Part shown: in pieces, positions 1-14,000 of the stretch | How positions within the stretch are numbered: the stretch's first letter is position 1 | Layout: every line of letters starts with the position of its first letter | Assembly (NCBI RefSeq): GCF_009914755.1 | Contig: NC_060948.1 | Length of the DNA stretch: 64,000 nt | From: the human T2T-CHM13v2.0 reference genome, Homo sapiens | Direction: 5' to 3' (one strand) | Notes under the pieces: model-generated | Database searches by the model: none | What the model was told of the DNA's origin: nothing | Seen by the model: only the letters and a program-made list of their open reading frames with translations | Translations under genes and position numbers: made by a program

Positions 1-374
1 CATTCCAGTCGAATCCATTGGAGTACATTCCATTAAAGTTCATTACATTCTAATACGTTCCATTCCATTGCATTCCATTCCATTCCATTCGATGCCATTA
101 GATTCCATTCCGTGCCAAATCATTGCATTCCTTTCCATTCCGTTCCTATCAGTTCCATTCCATTCGATTTAGTTCGATTCTATTCACTTCCACTCCATTC
201 GATTCCATTCCATTGGAGTCAATTCCTTTCGACACCCAGCCTTTCCAGTCAATGATTTTGGATTCCATTTTTTTGCATTCCATTACATTCTATGACATTC
301 GATTCCGTTTCATTGCATTCCATTCCATACATTTTTATTCCATTCGAGACCGTAGCATTCCACTTTATTCCAGG
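1..374 (+). repeat. Partial DYZ1 unit (tail of a B-type unit)
   Basis: Carries CCATTGGAGTAC, TAATACGTT, GCCATTAGA and CCGTGCC, also seen at ~7141-7245, ~10711-10812 and ~17834-17936. Confidence 0.85.
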
Positions 375-512
375 CCTGTCCATTACACTACATTCCCTTC
401 CATTCCAATGAATTCCATTCCATTCCAATCCATTCCTTTCGTTTCGCTTGCATTCCATTCTATTCCCTTCTACTGCATACAATTTCACTCCATTCGTTCC
501 CATTCCATTCAA
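359..512 (+). other. Classical DYZ1 sexing-PCR target (154 bp) containing the StuI/HaeIII site (372-377) and EcoRI site (410-415); repeated in every unit
   Basis: TCCACTTTATTCCAGGCCTGTCC at 359-381 and CCATTCGTTCCCATTCCATTCAA at 490-512 correspond to the Y1.1/Y1.2 primer pair as I recall it. Confidence 0.8.
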
Positions 513-740
513 TTCCATTCCATTCAATTCCATTCCATTTGTTTCCATTCTCTTCGATTCCATTTCTTTATATTCCATGCCATTCGATTCCATTCTATTG
601 GATTGCATTACATTCGTGTTCATTCCATTCCAGACCATTCCATTTGACTCCATTCCTTTCGAGCCCTTTCAATTTGAGTCCATTCCTTTCCAGTCCATTT
701 CACTCCAGTCCATTACTATCCATTCCATACCATTCCATCC

Positions 741-795
741 CATTCCATTCCATTCCATTCCATTCCATTCCATTCCATTCCATTCCATTCCATTC
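741..795 (+). repeat. Pure (CATTC)11 tract; length-variable site in every unit
   Basis: Eleven perfect CATTC from 741; homologous tracts differ in length and interruptions (e.g. ~4310, ~11440, ~25680, ~36380, ~50615). Confidence 0.9.
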
Positions 796-2249
796 TATTC
801 CATTCCATTGCATTGCACTGCACTCCATTCCATTACACTCTACTCTATCTGAGTCGGTTTTATTGCATTAGATTCTATTCCATTGGATTACTTTCCATTC
901 GATTACATTCCATTCATGTACATTCCATTCCAGTCAATTACATTCGAGTTCATTACATTACATTCCAGTATATTCCATTGTATTCGATCCCATTCCTTTC
1001 AATTCCATTTCCTTCGACTCCATTATATTCGATTCCATTCCACTCGAATCCATTCCATTAGAGGACATTCCATTCCAATGCATTCCATTCCATTCCATAG
1101 CATTCCATTGCATTCGATTCCATTCCATTTGATGCCATTCCATTTGATGCCATTCCATGACATTCCATTCCATTCGAGTCCATTCCGTTCCAATTCATTC
1201 CATTCCGTTTCATGAAATTCGAGTCCTTTCCAGTACATTTCATTCCAATCCCATACAATCCAATCTACTCCATTCAATTCCTTTCCATTCCATTTGATTT
1301 GATTCCATTGATTTGATTCCATTCAGTTTGATTCCATTCCGTGAAATTTCGTTCCATTCTATTCCATTGCATTACTTTCCATTCAATTCCATTCCATTTC
1401 ATTTCAGTCCATTCGCTTCCTTTCCTTTCGATTCAATTCCATTTGATTCCACTCCATTCTATGCGATTTCATTCCAATCGATTCAATTCCATTCGATGAC
1501 ATTCCTTTCGTTTCCATTCCATTCGAGTCCATTCAATTTGAGCATTCGTCTTCATTCTATTCGAGTCCATTCCATTACCGTCTATTCTATTCCCTTCCAT
1601 TCCTGTTGATTCAATTTCATTCCCTTCCATTCGATTCCTTTCCATTCGATTCCATTCCTTTCCATTCCATTCCATTCGTTCCCATTCCATGTGATTTCAT
1701 TCCATTCCAGTCCATTATATTCGAGTCCACTCCACTCCATTCTATTACATTCAATTCCTTTTGAGTCCGTTCCATAACACTCCATTCCTTTCGATTCCAT
1801 TTCTTGCCTGTTTTCTTCCATTTTATTCCATTCCGTTCGATTCCATTCCATTCGATTGCATTTCATTCGAATCCTTTCCATTCCATTTCATTCCATTCCT
1901 TTCCATTCCATTCCATTTCATTCGATTTGATTCCATTCTGTTCTATTCCATTCAATTCTTTTTCATTCCATTCGAATCCTTTCTATAGCAGTCCATTCCA
2001 TTCGAGTCCATTCCAATCCCTTCCATTCCATTCCATTACAGTCCATTCCAATAGATTCCATTCCTTTGCCTTCCATTCGAATCCATTCCATTCTAGTCCA
2101 TTCCATTTGAGTCAATTCCATTCCATTCCATTCTATTCCTTTCCAATCCATTCGATTCCATTCGATTCAATTCCATTTGATTCTCTTTCATTCTATTTTA
2201 TTCCATGCCATTTGATTGCATTGCATTCCATTCCGTTTGATTCCAGTCC

Positions 2250-2264
2250 ATTCAAGAAAGTTCC
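2250..2264. promoter_or_regulatory. Perfect 3-pentamer heat-shock element motif HSE-a (aTTCa aGAAa gTTCc); representative copy
   Basis: Exact match to nTTCnnGAAnnTTCn; intact in 11 of 18 units. Binding itself is not shown by sequence. Confidence 0.6.
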
Positions 2265-3265
2265 ATTCCAGTCCATTGCTTTCCAGTCCATTCAATTCCA
2301 CTCTAGTCTATTCCACTCCATTCCTTTCCATTCCATTCCATACTATTCCATTCCATTCCTTTGCATTCCGTTTCCAATCTATTCGAGTCCATTGCATTCC
2401 AGTCCAATCCATTCCATTACATTCCTTTTGATTCCATGCCAGTCGATTGCATTGCATACTACACCATTCCAAAGGAGTCCATTCCATTCTATCTCAACAC
2501 TTTCCATTGCACTCTGTTCGAGTCCAGTCCATTTAATTCAAGGGCATTCCATTCCATTCCATTCCATTCCATTTCATATTATTCCATTCCATTCAATTCC
2601 TTTCCAGATGATTCCATTCCATTCTATACCATTGCTCTCTGTTCCATTCCATTCCATCTGTCTCCATTCCTTTCGTTTCGATTCCTTTCCATTCCATTCC
2701 ATTACATTTGATCCTATTTTATTAAATTGCATTCTATTCGAGTGATTTCCATTCGAGTCCTTTCCATTCGATTCCATTCCATTCTATTCCATTCCTTTGG
2801 ATTCCATTCCATTCCGTTCCGTTCACATCAATTCCTTGCGATTCCATTACATTCGATTTCTTGCCATTCGATTCCATTCCTTTTGACTCCATTTCATTCG
2901 ATTCCATTCCATTCCATTAATTTCCATTCCATTCGAGACCTTTCCATTGCAGTCTTTTCCCTTCGAGTCCATTCCGTTCGATTCCCTTCCATTCGATTCC
3001 ATTCCATTGGAGTCCGTACCAGTCGAGTCCATTCTATTCCAGTCCATTAGTTTCGACTCCATTGCATTCGAGTGCATTCCATTCCGTGGCTGTCCATTCC
3101 ATTCCGTTTGATGCCATTCCATACGATTCCATTCAATTCGAGACCATTCTATTCCTGTCCATTCCTTGTGGTTCGATTCCATTTCACTCTAGTCCATTCC
3201 ATTCCATTCAATTCCATTCGACTCTATTCCGTTCCATTCAATTCCATTCCATTCGATTCCATTTT

Positions 3266-3280
3266 TTTCGAGAACCTTCC
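3266..3280. promoter_or_regulatory. Perfect 3-pentamer heat-shock element motif HSE-b (tTTCg aGAAc cTTCc); representative copy
   Basis: Exact match to nTTCnnGAAnnTTCn; intact in 17 of 18 units (GAG at ~56720 in U16). Confidence 0.6.
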
Positions 3281-3545
3281 ATTACACTCCCTTCCATTCC
3301 AGTGCATTCCATTCCAGTCTCTTCAGTTCGATTCCATTCCATTCGTTTCGATTCCTTTCCATTCCAGCCCATTCCATTCCATTCCATTCCTTTCCTTTCC
3401 GTTTCATTAGATTCCATTTCATTCGATTCCAATCAATTCAATTCCGTGCTATTCAATTTGATTCATTTCCATTTAATTCCATTCCATTAGATTCCATTCC
3501 GTACGATTCCATTCCTTTGGAATCCATTCCATTGGAGTCCATTCA

Positions 3546-3560
3546 CTTCCAGAACATTCC
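3546..3560. promoter_or_regulatory. Perfect 3-pentamer heat-shock element motif HSE-c (cTTCc aGAAc aTTCc); representative copy
   Basis: Exact match to nTTCnnGAAnnTTCn; intact in all 17 copies in the window. Confidence 0.6.
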
Positions 3561-3933
3561 ATTCCAGTCGAATCCATTCGAGTACATTCCATTAAAGTTC
3601 ATTACATTCTAATACATTCCATTCCATTGCATTCCATTCCATTCCATTCGATGCCATTCGATTCCATTCCATGCCAAATCATTGCATTCCTTTCCATTCC
3701 GTTCCTATCAATTCCATTCCATTCGATTTAGTTCGATTCTATTCACTTCCATTCCATTCGATTCCATTCCATTGGAGTCAATTCCTTTCGACACAAAGCC
3801 TTTCCAGTCAATGATTTTGGATTCCATTTTTTTGCATTCCATTACATTCTATGACATTCGATTCCGTTTCATTGCATTCCATTCCACATATTTTTATTCC
3901 ATTCGAGACCGTAGCATTCCACTTTATTCCAGG

Positions 3934-6900
3934 CCTGTCCATTACACTACATTCCCTTCCATTCCAATGAATTCCATTCCATTCCAATCCATTCCTTTCC
4001 TTTCGCTTGCATTCCATTCTATTCTCTTCTACTGTATACAATTTCACTCCATTCGTTCCCATTCCATTCAATTCCATTCCATTCAATTCCATTCCATTTG
4101 TTTCCATTCTCTTCGATTCCATTTCTTTATATTCCATGCCATTCGACTCCATTCTATTGGATTGCATTACATTCGTGTTCATTCCATTCCAGACCATTCC
4201 ATTTGTCTCCATTCCTTTCGAGCCCTTTCAATTTGAGTCCATTCCTTTCCAGTCCATTTCACTCCAGTCCATTACTGTCCATTCCATACCATTCCATCCC
4301 ATTCAATTCCATTCCATTCCATTCCATTCCATTCCATTCCATTCCATTCCATTCCATTCCATTGCACTGCACTCCATTCCATTACATTCTACTCTATCTG
4401 AGTCGGTTTTATTGCATTAGATTCTATTCCATTGGATTACTTTCCATTCGATTACATTCCATTCATGTACATTCCATTCCAGTCAATTACATTCGAGTTC
4501 ATTACATTACATTCCAGTATATTCCATTGTATTCGATCCCATTCCTTTCAATTCCATTTCATTCGACTCCATTATATTCGATTCCATTCCACTCGAATCC
4601 ATTCCATTAGAGGACATTCCATTCCAATGCATTCCATTCCATTCCATAGCATTCCATTGCATTCGATTCCATTCCATTTGATGCCATTCCATTTGATGCC
4701 ATTCCATGACATTCCATTCCATTCGAGTCCATTCCGTTCCAATTCATTCCATTCCGTTTCATGAAATTCGAGTCCTTTCCAGTACATTTCATTCCAATCC
4801 CATCCAATCCAATCTACTCCATTCAATTCCTTTCCATTCCATTTGATTTGATTCCATTGATTTGATTCCATTCAGTTTGATTCCATTCCGTGAAATTTCG
4901 TTCCATTCTATTCCATTGCATTACTTTCCATTCAATTCCATTCCATTTCATTTCAGTCCATTCGCTTCCTTTCCTTTCGATTCAATTCCATTTGATTCCA
5001 CTCCATTCTATGCGATTTCATTCCAATCGATTCAATTCCATTCGATGACATTCCTTTCGTTTCCATTCCATTCGAGTCCATTCAATTTGAGCATTCGTGT
5101 CCATTCTATTCGAGTCCATTCCATTACCGTCTATTCTATTCCCTTCCATTCCTGTTGATTCAATTTCATTCCCTTCCATTCGATTCCTTTCCATTCAATT
5201 CCATTCCTTTCCATTCCATTCCATTCGTTCCCATTCCATGTGATTTCATTCCATTCCAGTCCATTATATTCGAGTCCACTCCACTCCATTCTATTACATT
5301 CAATTCCTTTTGGGTCCGTTCCATAACACTCCATTCATTTCGATTCCATTTCTTGCCAGTTTTCTTCCATTTTATTCCATTCCGTTCGATTCCATTCCAT
5401 TCGATTGCATTCCATTCGAATCCTTTCCATTCCATTTCATTCCATTCCTTTCTATTCCATTCCATTTCATTCGATTTGATTCCATTCTGTTCTATTCCAT
5501 TCAATTCTTTTTCATTCCATTCGAATCCTTTCTATTGCATTCCATTCCATTCGAGTCCATTCCAATCCCTTCCATTCCATTCCATTACAGTCCATTCCAA
5601 TAGATTCCATTCCTTTGCCTTCCATTCGAATCCATTCCATTCTAGTCCATTCCATTTGAGTCAATTCCATTCCATTCCATTCTATTCCTTTCCAATCATT
5701 CGATTCCATTCGATTCAATTCCATTTGATTCTCTTTCATTCTATTTCATTCCATGCCATTTGATTGCATTGCATTCCATTCCGTTTGATTCCAGTCCATT
5801 CAAGAAAGTTCCATTCCAGTCCATTTCTTTCCAGTCCATTCCATTCCACTCTAGTCTATTCCACTCCATTCCTTTCCATTCCATTCCATACTATTCCATT
5901 CCATTCCTTTGCATTCCGTTTGCAATCTCTTCGAGTCCATTGCATTCCAGTCCAATCCATTCGATTACATTCCTCTTGATTCCCAGCCAGTCGATTGCAT
6001 TGCATACTAGACCATTCCAAACGAGTCCATTCCATTCTATCTCAACACTTTCCATTCCACTCTGTTCGAGTCCATTCCATTCCAGTCCATTTAATTCAAG
6101 GGCATTCCATTCCATTCCATTCCATTCCATTCCATTCCATTTCATATTTTTCCATTCCATTCAATTCCATTCCAGATGATTCCATTCCATTCTATACCAT
6201 TGCTTTCTGTTCCATTCCATTCCATCTGTCTCCATTCCTTTCGTTTCGATTCCTTTCCATTCCATTCCATTACATTTGGTACTATTTTATTAAATTGCAT
6301 TCTATTCGAGTGATTTCCATTCGAGTCCTTTCCATTCGATTCCATTCCATTCTATTCCATTCCTTTGGATTCCATTCCATTCCGTTCCGTTCACATCAAT
6401 TCCTTGCGATTCCATTACATTCGATTTCTTGCCATTCGATTCCATTCCTTTTGACTCCATTTCATTCGATTCCATTCCATTCCAATAATTTCCATTCCAT
6501 TCGAGACCTTTCCATTGCAGTCTTTTCCCTTCGAGTCCATTCCGTTCGATTCCCTTCCATTCGATTCCATTCCATTGGAGTCCGTACCAGTCGAGTCCAT
6601 TCTATTCCAGTCCATTAGTTTCGACTCCATTGCATTCGAGTGCATTCCATTCCGTGGCTGTCCATTCCATTCCGTTTGATGCCATTCCATACGATTCCAT
6701 TCAATTCGAGACCATTCTATTCCTGTCCATTCCTTGTGGTTCGATTCCATTTCACTCTAGTCCATTCCATTCCATTCAATTCCATTCGACTCTATTCCGT
6801 TCCATTCAATTCCATTCCATTCGATTCCATTTTTTTCGAGAACCTTCCATTACACTCCCTTCCATTCCAGTGCATTCCATTCCAGTCTCTTCAGTTCGAT

Positions 6901-7501
6901 TCCATTCCATTCGTTTCGATTCCTTTCCATTCCAGCCCATTCCATTCCATTCCATTCCTTTCCTTTCCATTTCATTAGATTCCATTGCATTCGATTCCAT
7001 TCAATTCAATTCCATGCTATTCAATTTGATTCATTTCCATTTAATTCCATTCCATTAGATTCCATTCCGTACGATTCCATTCCTTTTGAATCCATTCCAT
7101 TGCAGTCCATTCACTTCCAGAACATTCCATTCCAGTCGAATCCATTGGAGTACATTCCATTAAAGTTCATTACATTCTAATACGTTCCATTCCATTGCAT
7201 TCCATTCCATTCCATTCGATGCCATTAGATTCCATTCCGTGCCAAATCATTGCATTCCTTTCCATTCCGTTCCTATCAGTTCCATTCCATTCGATTTAGT
7301 TCGATTCTATTCACTTCCACTCCATTCGATTCCATTCCATTGGAGTCAATTCCTTTCGACACCCAGCCTTTCCAGTCAATGATTTTGGATTCCATTTTTT
7401 TGCATTCCATTACATTCTATGACATTCGATTCCGTTTCATTGCATTCCATTCCATACATTTTTATTCCATTCGAGACCGTAGCATTCCACTTTATTCCAG
7501 G
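3934..7501 (+). repeat. DYZ1 unit U2, 3568 bp, type B
   Basis: GGCC 3932 to 7500; B markers ACTGTATACA (4031), TTTGTCTCC (4202), CCCAGCCAGT (5982); private 1-bp deletion at ~5697. Confidence 0.92.
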
Positions 7502-10500
7502 CCTGTCCATTACACTACATTCCCTTCCATTCCAATGAATTCCATTCCATTCCAATCCATTCCTTTCGTTTCGCTTGCATTCCATTCTATTCCCTTCTAC
7601 TGCATACAATTTCACTCCATTCGTTCCCATTCCATTCAATTCCATTCCATTCAATTCCATTCCATTTGTTTCCATTCTCTTCGATTCCATTTCTTTATAT
7701 TCCATGCCATTCGATTCCATTCTATTGGATTGCATTACATTCGTGTTCATTCCATTCCAGACCATTCCATTTGACTCCATTCCTTTCGAGCCCTTTCAAT
7801 TTGAGTCCATTCCTTTCCAGTCCATTTCACTCCAGTCCATTACTATCCATTCCATACCATTCCATCCCATTCCATTCCATTCCATTCCATTCCATTCCAT
7901 TCCATTCCATTCCATTGCATTCTATTCCATTCCATTGCATTGCACTGCACTCCATTCCATTACACTCTACTCTATCTGAGTCGGTTTTATTGCATTAGAT
8001 TCTATTCCATTGGATTACTTTCCATTCGATTACATTCCATTCATGTACATTCCATTCCAGTCAATTACATTCGAGTTCATTACATTACATTCCAGTATAT
8101 TCCATTGTATTCGATCCCATTCCTTTCAATTCCATTTCCTTCGACTCCATTATATTCGATTCCATTCCACTCGAATCCATTCCATTAGAGGACATTCCAT
8201 TCCAATGCATTCCATTCCATTCCATAGCATTCCATTGCATTCGATTCCATTCCATTTGATGCCATTCCATTTGATGCCATTCCATGACATTCCATTCCAT
8301 TCGAGTCCATTCCGTTCCAATTCATTCCATTCCGTTTCATGAAATTCGAGTCCTTTCCAGTACATTTCATTCCAATCCCATACAATCCAATCTACTCCAT
8401 TCAATTCCTTTCCATTCCATTTGATTTGATTCCATTGATTTGATTCCATTCAGTTTGATTCCATTCCGTGAAATTTCGTTCCATTCTATTCCATTGCATT
8501 ACTTTCCATTCAATTCCATTCCATTTCATTTCAGTCCATTCGCTTCCTTTCCTTTCGATTCAATTCCATTTGATTCCACTCCATTCTATGCGATTTCATT
8601 CCAATCGATTCAATTCCATTCGATGACATTCCTTTCGTTTCCATTCCATTCGAGTCCATTCAATTTGAGCATTCGTCTTCATTCTATTCGAGTCCATTCC
8701 ATTACCGTCTATTCTATTCCCTTCCATTCCTGTTGATTCAATTTCATTCCCTTCCATTCGATTCCTTTCCATTCGATTCCATTCCTTTCCATTCCATTCC
8801 ATTCGTTCCCATTCCATGTGATTTCATTCCATTCCAGTCCATTATATTCGAGTCCACTCCACTCCATTCTATTACATTCAATTCCTTTTGAGTCCGTTCC
8901 ATAACACTCCATTCCTTTCGATTCCATTTCTTGCCTGTTTTCTTCCATTTTTTTCCATTCCGTTCGATTCCATTCCATTCGATTGCATTCCATTCGAATC
9001 CTTTCCATTCCATTTCATTCCATTCCTTTCCATTCCATTCCATTTCATTCGATTTGATTCCATTCTGTTCTATTCCATTCAATTCTTTTTCATTCCATTC
9101 GAATCCTTTCTATAGCAGTCCATTCCATTCGAGTCCATTCCAATCCCTTCCATTCCATTCCATTACAGTCCATTCCAATAGATTCCATTCCTTTGCCTTC
9201 CATTCGAATCCATTCCATTCTAGTCCATTCCATTTGAGTCAATTCCATTCCATTCCATTCTATTCCTTTCCAATCCATTCGATTCCATTCGATTCAATTC
9301 CATTTGATTCTCTTTCATTCTATTTTATTCCATGCCATTTGATTGCATTGCATTCCATTCCGTTTGATTCCAGTCCATTCAAGAAAGTTCCATTCCAGTC
9401 CATTGCTTTCCAGTCCATTCAATTCCACTCTAGTCTATTCCACTCCATTCCTTTCCATTCCATTCCATACTATTCCATTCCATTCCTTTGCATTCCGTTT
9501 CCAATCTATTCGAGTCCATTGCATTCCAGTCCAATCCATTCCATTACATTCCTTTTGATTCCATGCCAGTCGATTGCATTGCATACTACACCATTCCAAA
9601 GGAGTCCATTCCATTCTATCTCAACACTTTCCATTGCACTCTGTTCGAGTCCAGTCCATTTAATTCAAGGGCATTCCATTCCATTCCATTCCATTCCATT
9701 CCATTCCATTTCATATTTTTCCATTCCATTCAATTCCATTCCAGATGATTCCATTCCATTCTATACCATTGCTTTCTGTTCCATTCCATTCCATCTGTCT
9801 CCATTCCTTTCGTTTCGATTCCTTTCCATTCCATTCCATTACATTTGGTACTATTTTATTAAATTGCATTCTATTCGAGTGATTTCCATTCGAGTCCTTT
9901 CCATTCGATTCCATTCCATTCTATTCCATTCCTTTGGATTCCATTCCATTCCGTTCCGTTCACATCAATTCCTTGCGATTCCATTACATTCGATTTCTTG
10001 CCATTCGATTCCATTCCTTTTGACTCCATTTCATTCGATTCCATTCCATTCCAATAATTTCCATTCCATTCGAGACCTTTCCATTGCAGTCTTTTCCCTT
10101 CGAGTCCATTCCGTTCGATTCCCTTCCATTCGATTCCATTCCATTGGAGTCCGTACCAGTCGAGTCCATTCTATTCCAGTCCATTAGTTTCGACTCCATT
10201 GCATTCGAGTGCATTCCATTCCGTGGCTGTCCATTCCATTCCGTTTGATGCCATTCCATACGATTCCATTCAATTCGAGACCATTCTATTCCTGTCCATT
10301 CCTTGTGGTTCGATTCCATTTCACTCTAGTCCATTCCATTCCATTCAATTCCATTCGACTCTATTCCGTTCCATTCAATTCCATTCCATTCGATTCCATT
10401 TTTTTCGAGAACCTTCCATTACACTCCCTTCCATTCCAGTGCATTCCATTCCAGTCTCTTCAGTTCGATTCCATTCCATTCGTTTCGATTCCTTTCCATT

Positions 10501-11070
10501 CCAGCCCATTCCATTCCATTCCATTCCTTTCCTTTCCATTTCATTAGATTCCATTGCATTCGATTCCATTCAATTCAATTCCATGCTATTCAATTTGATT
10601 CATTTCCATTTAATTCCATTCCATTAGATTCCATTCCGTACGATTCCATTCCTTTTGAATCCATTCCATTGCAGTCCATTCACTTCCAGAACATTCCATT
10701 CCAGTCGAATCCATTGGAGTACATTCCATTAAAGTTCATTACATTCTAATACGTTCCATTCCATTGCATTCCATTCCATTCCATTCGATGCCATTAGATT
10801 CCATTCCGTGCCAAATCATTGCATTCCTTTCCATTCCGTTCCTATCAGTTCCATTCCATTCGATTTAGTTCGATTCTATTCACTTCCACTCCATTCGATT
10901 CCATTCCATTGGAGTCAATTCCTTTCGACACCCAGCCTTTCCAGTCAATGATTTTGGATTCCATTTTTTTGCATTCCATTACATTCTATGACATTCGATT
11001 CCGTTTCATTGCATTCCATTCCATACATTTTTATTCCATTCGAGACCGTAGCATTCCACTTTATTCCAGG
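7502..11070 (+). repeat. DYZ1 unit U3, 3569 bp, A-front/B-tail chimera
   Basis: A markers up to ~9670, then U2-specific tail markers (GCTTTCTG, TTTGGTACT, CCAATAATT) after ~9710. Confidence 0.9.
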
Positions 11071-14000
11071 CCTGTCCATTACACTACATTCCCTTCCATT
11101 CCAATGAATTCCATTCCATTCCAATCCATTCCTTTCGTTTCGCTTGCATTCCATTCTATTCCCTTCTACTGCATACAATTTCACTCCATTCGTTCCCATT
11201 CCATTCAATTCCATTCCATTCAATTCCATTCCATTTGTTTCCATTCTCTTCGATTCCATTTCTTTATATTCCATGCCATTCGATTCCATTCTATTGGATT
11301 GCATTACATTCGTGTTCATTCCATTCCAGACCATTCCATTTGACTCCATTCCTTTCGAGCCCTTTCAATTTGAGTCCATTCCTTTCCAGTCCATTTCACT
11401 CCAGTCCATTACTATCCATTCCATACCATTCCATCCCATTCCATTCCATTCCATTCCATTCCATTCCATTCCATTCCATTCCATTCCATTGCATTCTATT
11501 CCATTCCATTGCATTGCACTGCACTCCATTCCATTACACTCTACTCTATCTGAGTCGGTTTTATTGCATTAGATTCTATTCCATTGGATTACTTTCCATT
11601 CGATTACATTCCATTCATGTACATTCCATTCCAGTCAATTACATTCGAGTTCATTACATTACATTCCAGTATATTCCATTGTATTCGATCCCATTCCTTT
11701 CAATTCCATTTCCTTCGACTCCATTATATTCGATTCCATTCCACTCGAATCCATTCCATTAGAGGACATTCCATTCCAATGCATTCCATTCCATTCCATA
11801 GCATTCCATTGCATTCGATTCCATTCCATTTGATGCCATTCCATTTGATGCCATTCCATGACATTCCATTCCATTCGAGTCCATTCCGTTCCAATTCATT
11901 CCATTCCGTTTCATGAAATTCGAGTCCTTTCCAGTACATTTCATTCCAATCCCATACAATCCAATCTACTCCATTCAATTCCTTTCCATTCCATTTGATT
12001 TGATTCCATTGATTTGATTCCATTCAGTTTGATTCCATTCCGTGAAATTTCGTTCCATTCTATTCCATTGCATTACTTTCCATTCAATTCCATTCCATTT
12101 CATTTCAGTCCATTCGCTTCCTTTCCTTTCGATTCAATTCCATTTGATTCCACTCCATTCTATGCGATTTCATTCCAATCGATTCAATTCCATTCGATGA
12201 CATTCCTTTCGTTTCCATTCCATTCGAGTCCATTCAATTTGAGCATTCGTCTTCATTCTATTCGAGTCCATTCCATTACCGTCTATTCTATTCCCTTCCA
12301 TTCCTGTTGATTCAATTTCATTCCCTTCCATTCGATTCCTTTCCATTCGATTCCATTCCTTTCCATTCCATTCCATTCGTTCCCATTCCATGTGATTTCA
12401 TTCCATTCCAGTCCATTATATTCGAGTCCACTCCACTCCATTCTATTACATTCAATTCCTTTTGAGTCCGTTCCATAACACTCCATTCCTTTCGATTCCA
12501 TTTCTTGCCTGTTTTCTTCCATTTTATTCCATTCCGTTCGATTCCATTCCATTCGATTGCATTCCATTCGAATCCTTTCCATTCCATTTCATTCCATTCC
12601 TTTCCATTCCATTCCATTTCATTCGATTTGATTCCATTCTGTTCTATTCCATTCAATTCTTTTTCATTCCATTCGAATCCTTTCTATAGCAGTCCATTCC
12701 ATTCGAGTCCATTCCAATCCCTTCCATTCCATTCCATTACAGTCCATTCCAATAGATTCCATTCCTTTGCCTTCCATTCGAATCCATTCCATTCTAGTCC
12801 ATTCCATTTGAGTCAATTCCATTCCATTCCATTCTATTCCTTTCCAATCCATTCGATTCCATTCGATTCAATTCCATTTGATTCTCTTTCATTCTATTTT
12901 ATTCCATGCCATTTGATTGCATTGCATTCCATTCCGTTTGATTCCAGTCCATTCAAGAAAGTTCCATTCCAGTCCATTGCTTTCCAGTCCATTCAATTCC
13001 ACTCTAGTCTATTCCACTCCATTCCTTTCCATTCCATTCCATACTATTCCATTCCATTCCTTTGCATTCCGTTTCCAATCTATTCGAGTCCATTGCATTC
13101 CAGTCCAATCCATTCCATTACATTCCTTTTGATTCCATGCCAGTCGATTGCATTGCATACTACACCATTCCAAAGGAGTCCATTCCATTCTATCTCAACA
13201 CTTTCCATTGCACTCTGTTCGAGTCCAGTCCATTTAATTCAAGGGCATTCCATTCCATTCCATTCCATTCCATTTCATATTATTCCATTCCATTCAATTC
13301 CTTTCCAGATGATTCCATTCCATTCTATACCATTGCTCTCTGTTCCATTCCATTCCATCTGTCTCCATTCCTTTCGTTTCGATTCCTTTCCATTCCATTC
13401 CATTACATTTGATCCTATTTTATTAAATTGCATTCTATTCGAGTGATTTCCATTCGAGTCCTTTCCATTCGATTCCATTCCATTCTATTCCATTCCTTTG
13501 GATTCCATTCCATTCCGTTCCGTTCACATCAATTCCTTGCGATTCCATTACATTCGATTTCTTGCCATTCGATTCCATTCCTTTTGACTCCATTTCATTC
13601 GATTCCATTCCATTCCATTAATTTCCATTCCATTCGAGACCTTTCCATTGCAGTCTTTTCCCTTCGAGTCCATTCCGTTCGATTCCCTTCCATTCGATTC
13701 CATTCCATTGGAGTCCGTACCAGTCGAGTCCATTCTATTCCAGTCCATTAGTTTCGACTCCATTGCATTCGAGTGCATTCCATTCCGTGGCTGTCCATTC
13801 CATTCCGTTTGATGCCATTCCATACGATTCCATTCAATTCGAGACCATTCTATTCCTGTCCATTCCTTGTGGTTCGATTCCATTTCACTCTAGTCCATTC
13901 CATTCCATTCAATTCCATTCGACTCTATTCCGTTCCATTCAATTCCATTCCATTCGATTCCATTTTTTTCGAGAACCTTCCATTACACTCCCTTCCATTC

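Larger units (their letters stand above)
375..3933 (+). repeat. DYZ1 unit U1, 3559 bp, type A
   Basis: GGCC 373 to GGCC 3932; A markers CCATACAAT (1251), CGTCTTCATT (1547), CTATAGCAG (1983). Confidence 0.92.

Noticed and set aside
371-1483. 8-bp palindromes CAGGCCTG (371), ATGTACAT (916), AATGCATT (1077), AATCGATT (1476)
   Set aside because: Too short for stable hairpins and plausible by chance in a 3.5-kb unit; their recurrence simply reflects the unit repeat.
8931-10187. Longest ORF (418 aa)
   Set aside because: It arises only because the U3 A/B junction and a TGA>TGG variant join two stop-free stretches; low complexity and no recognisable domain.
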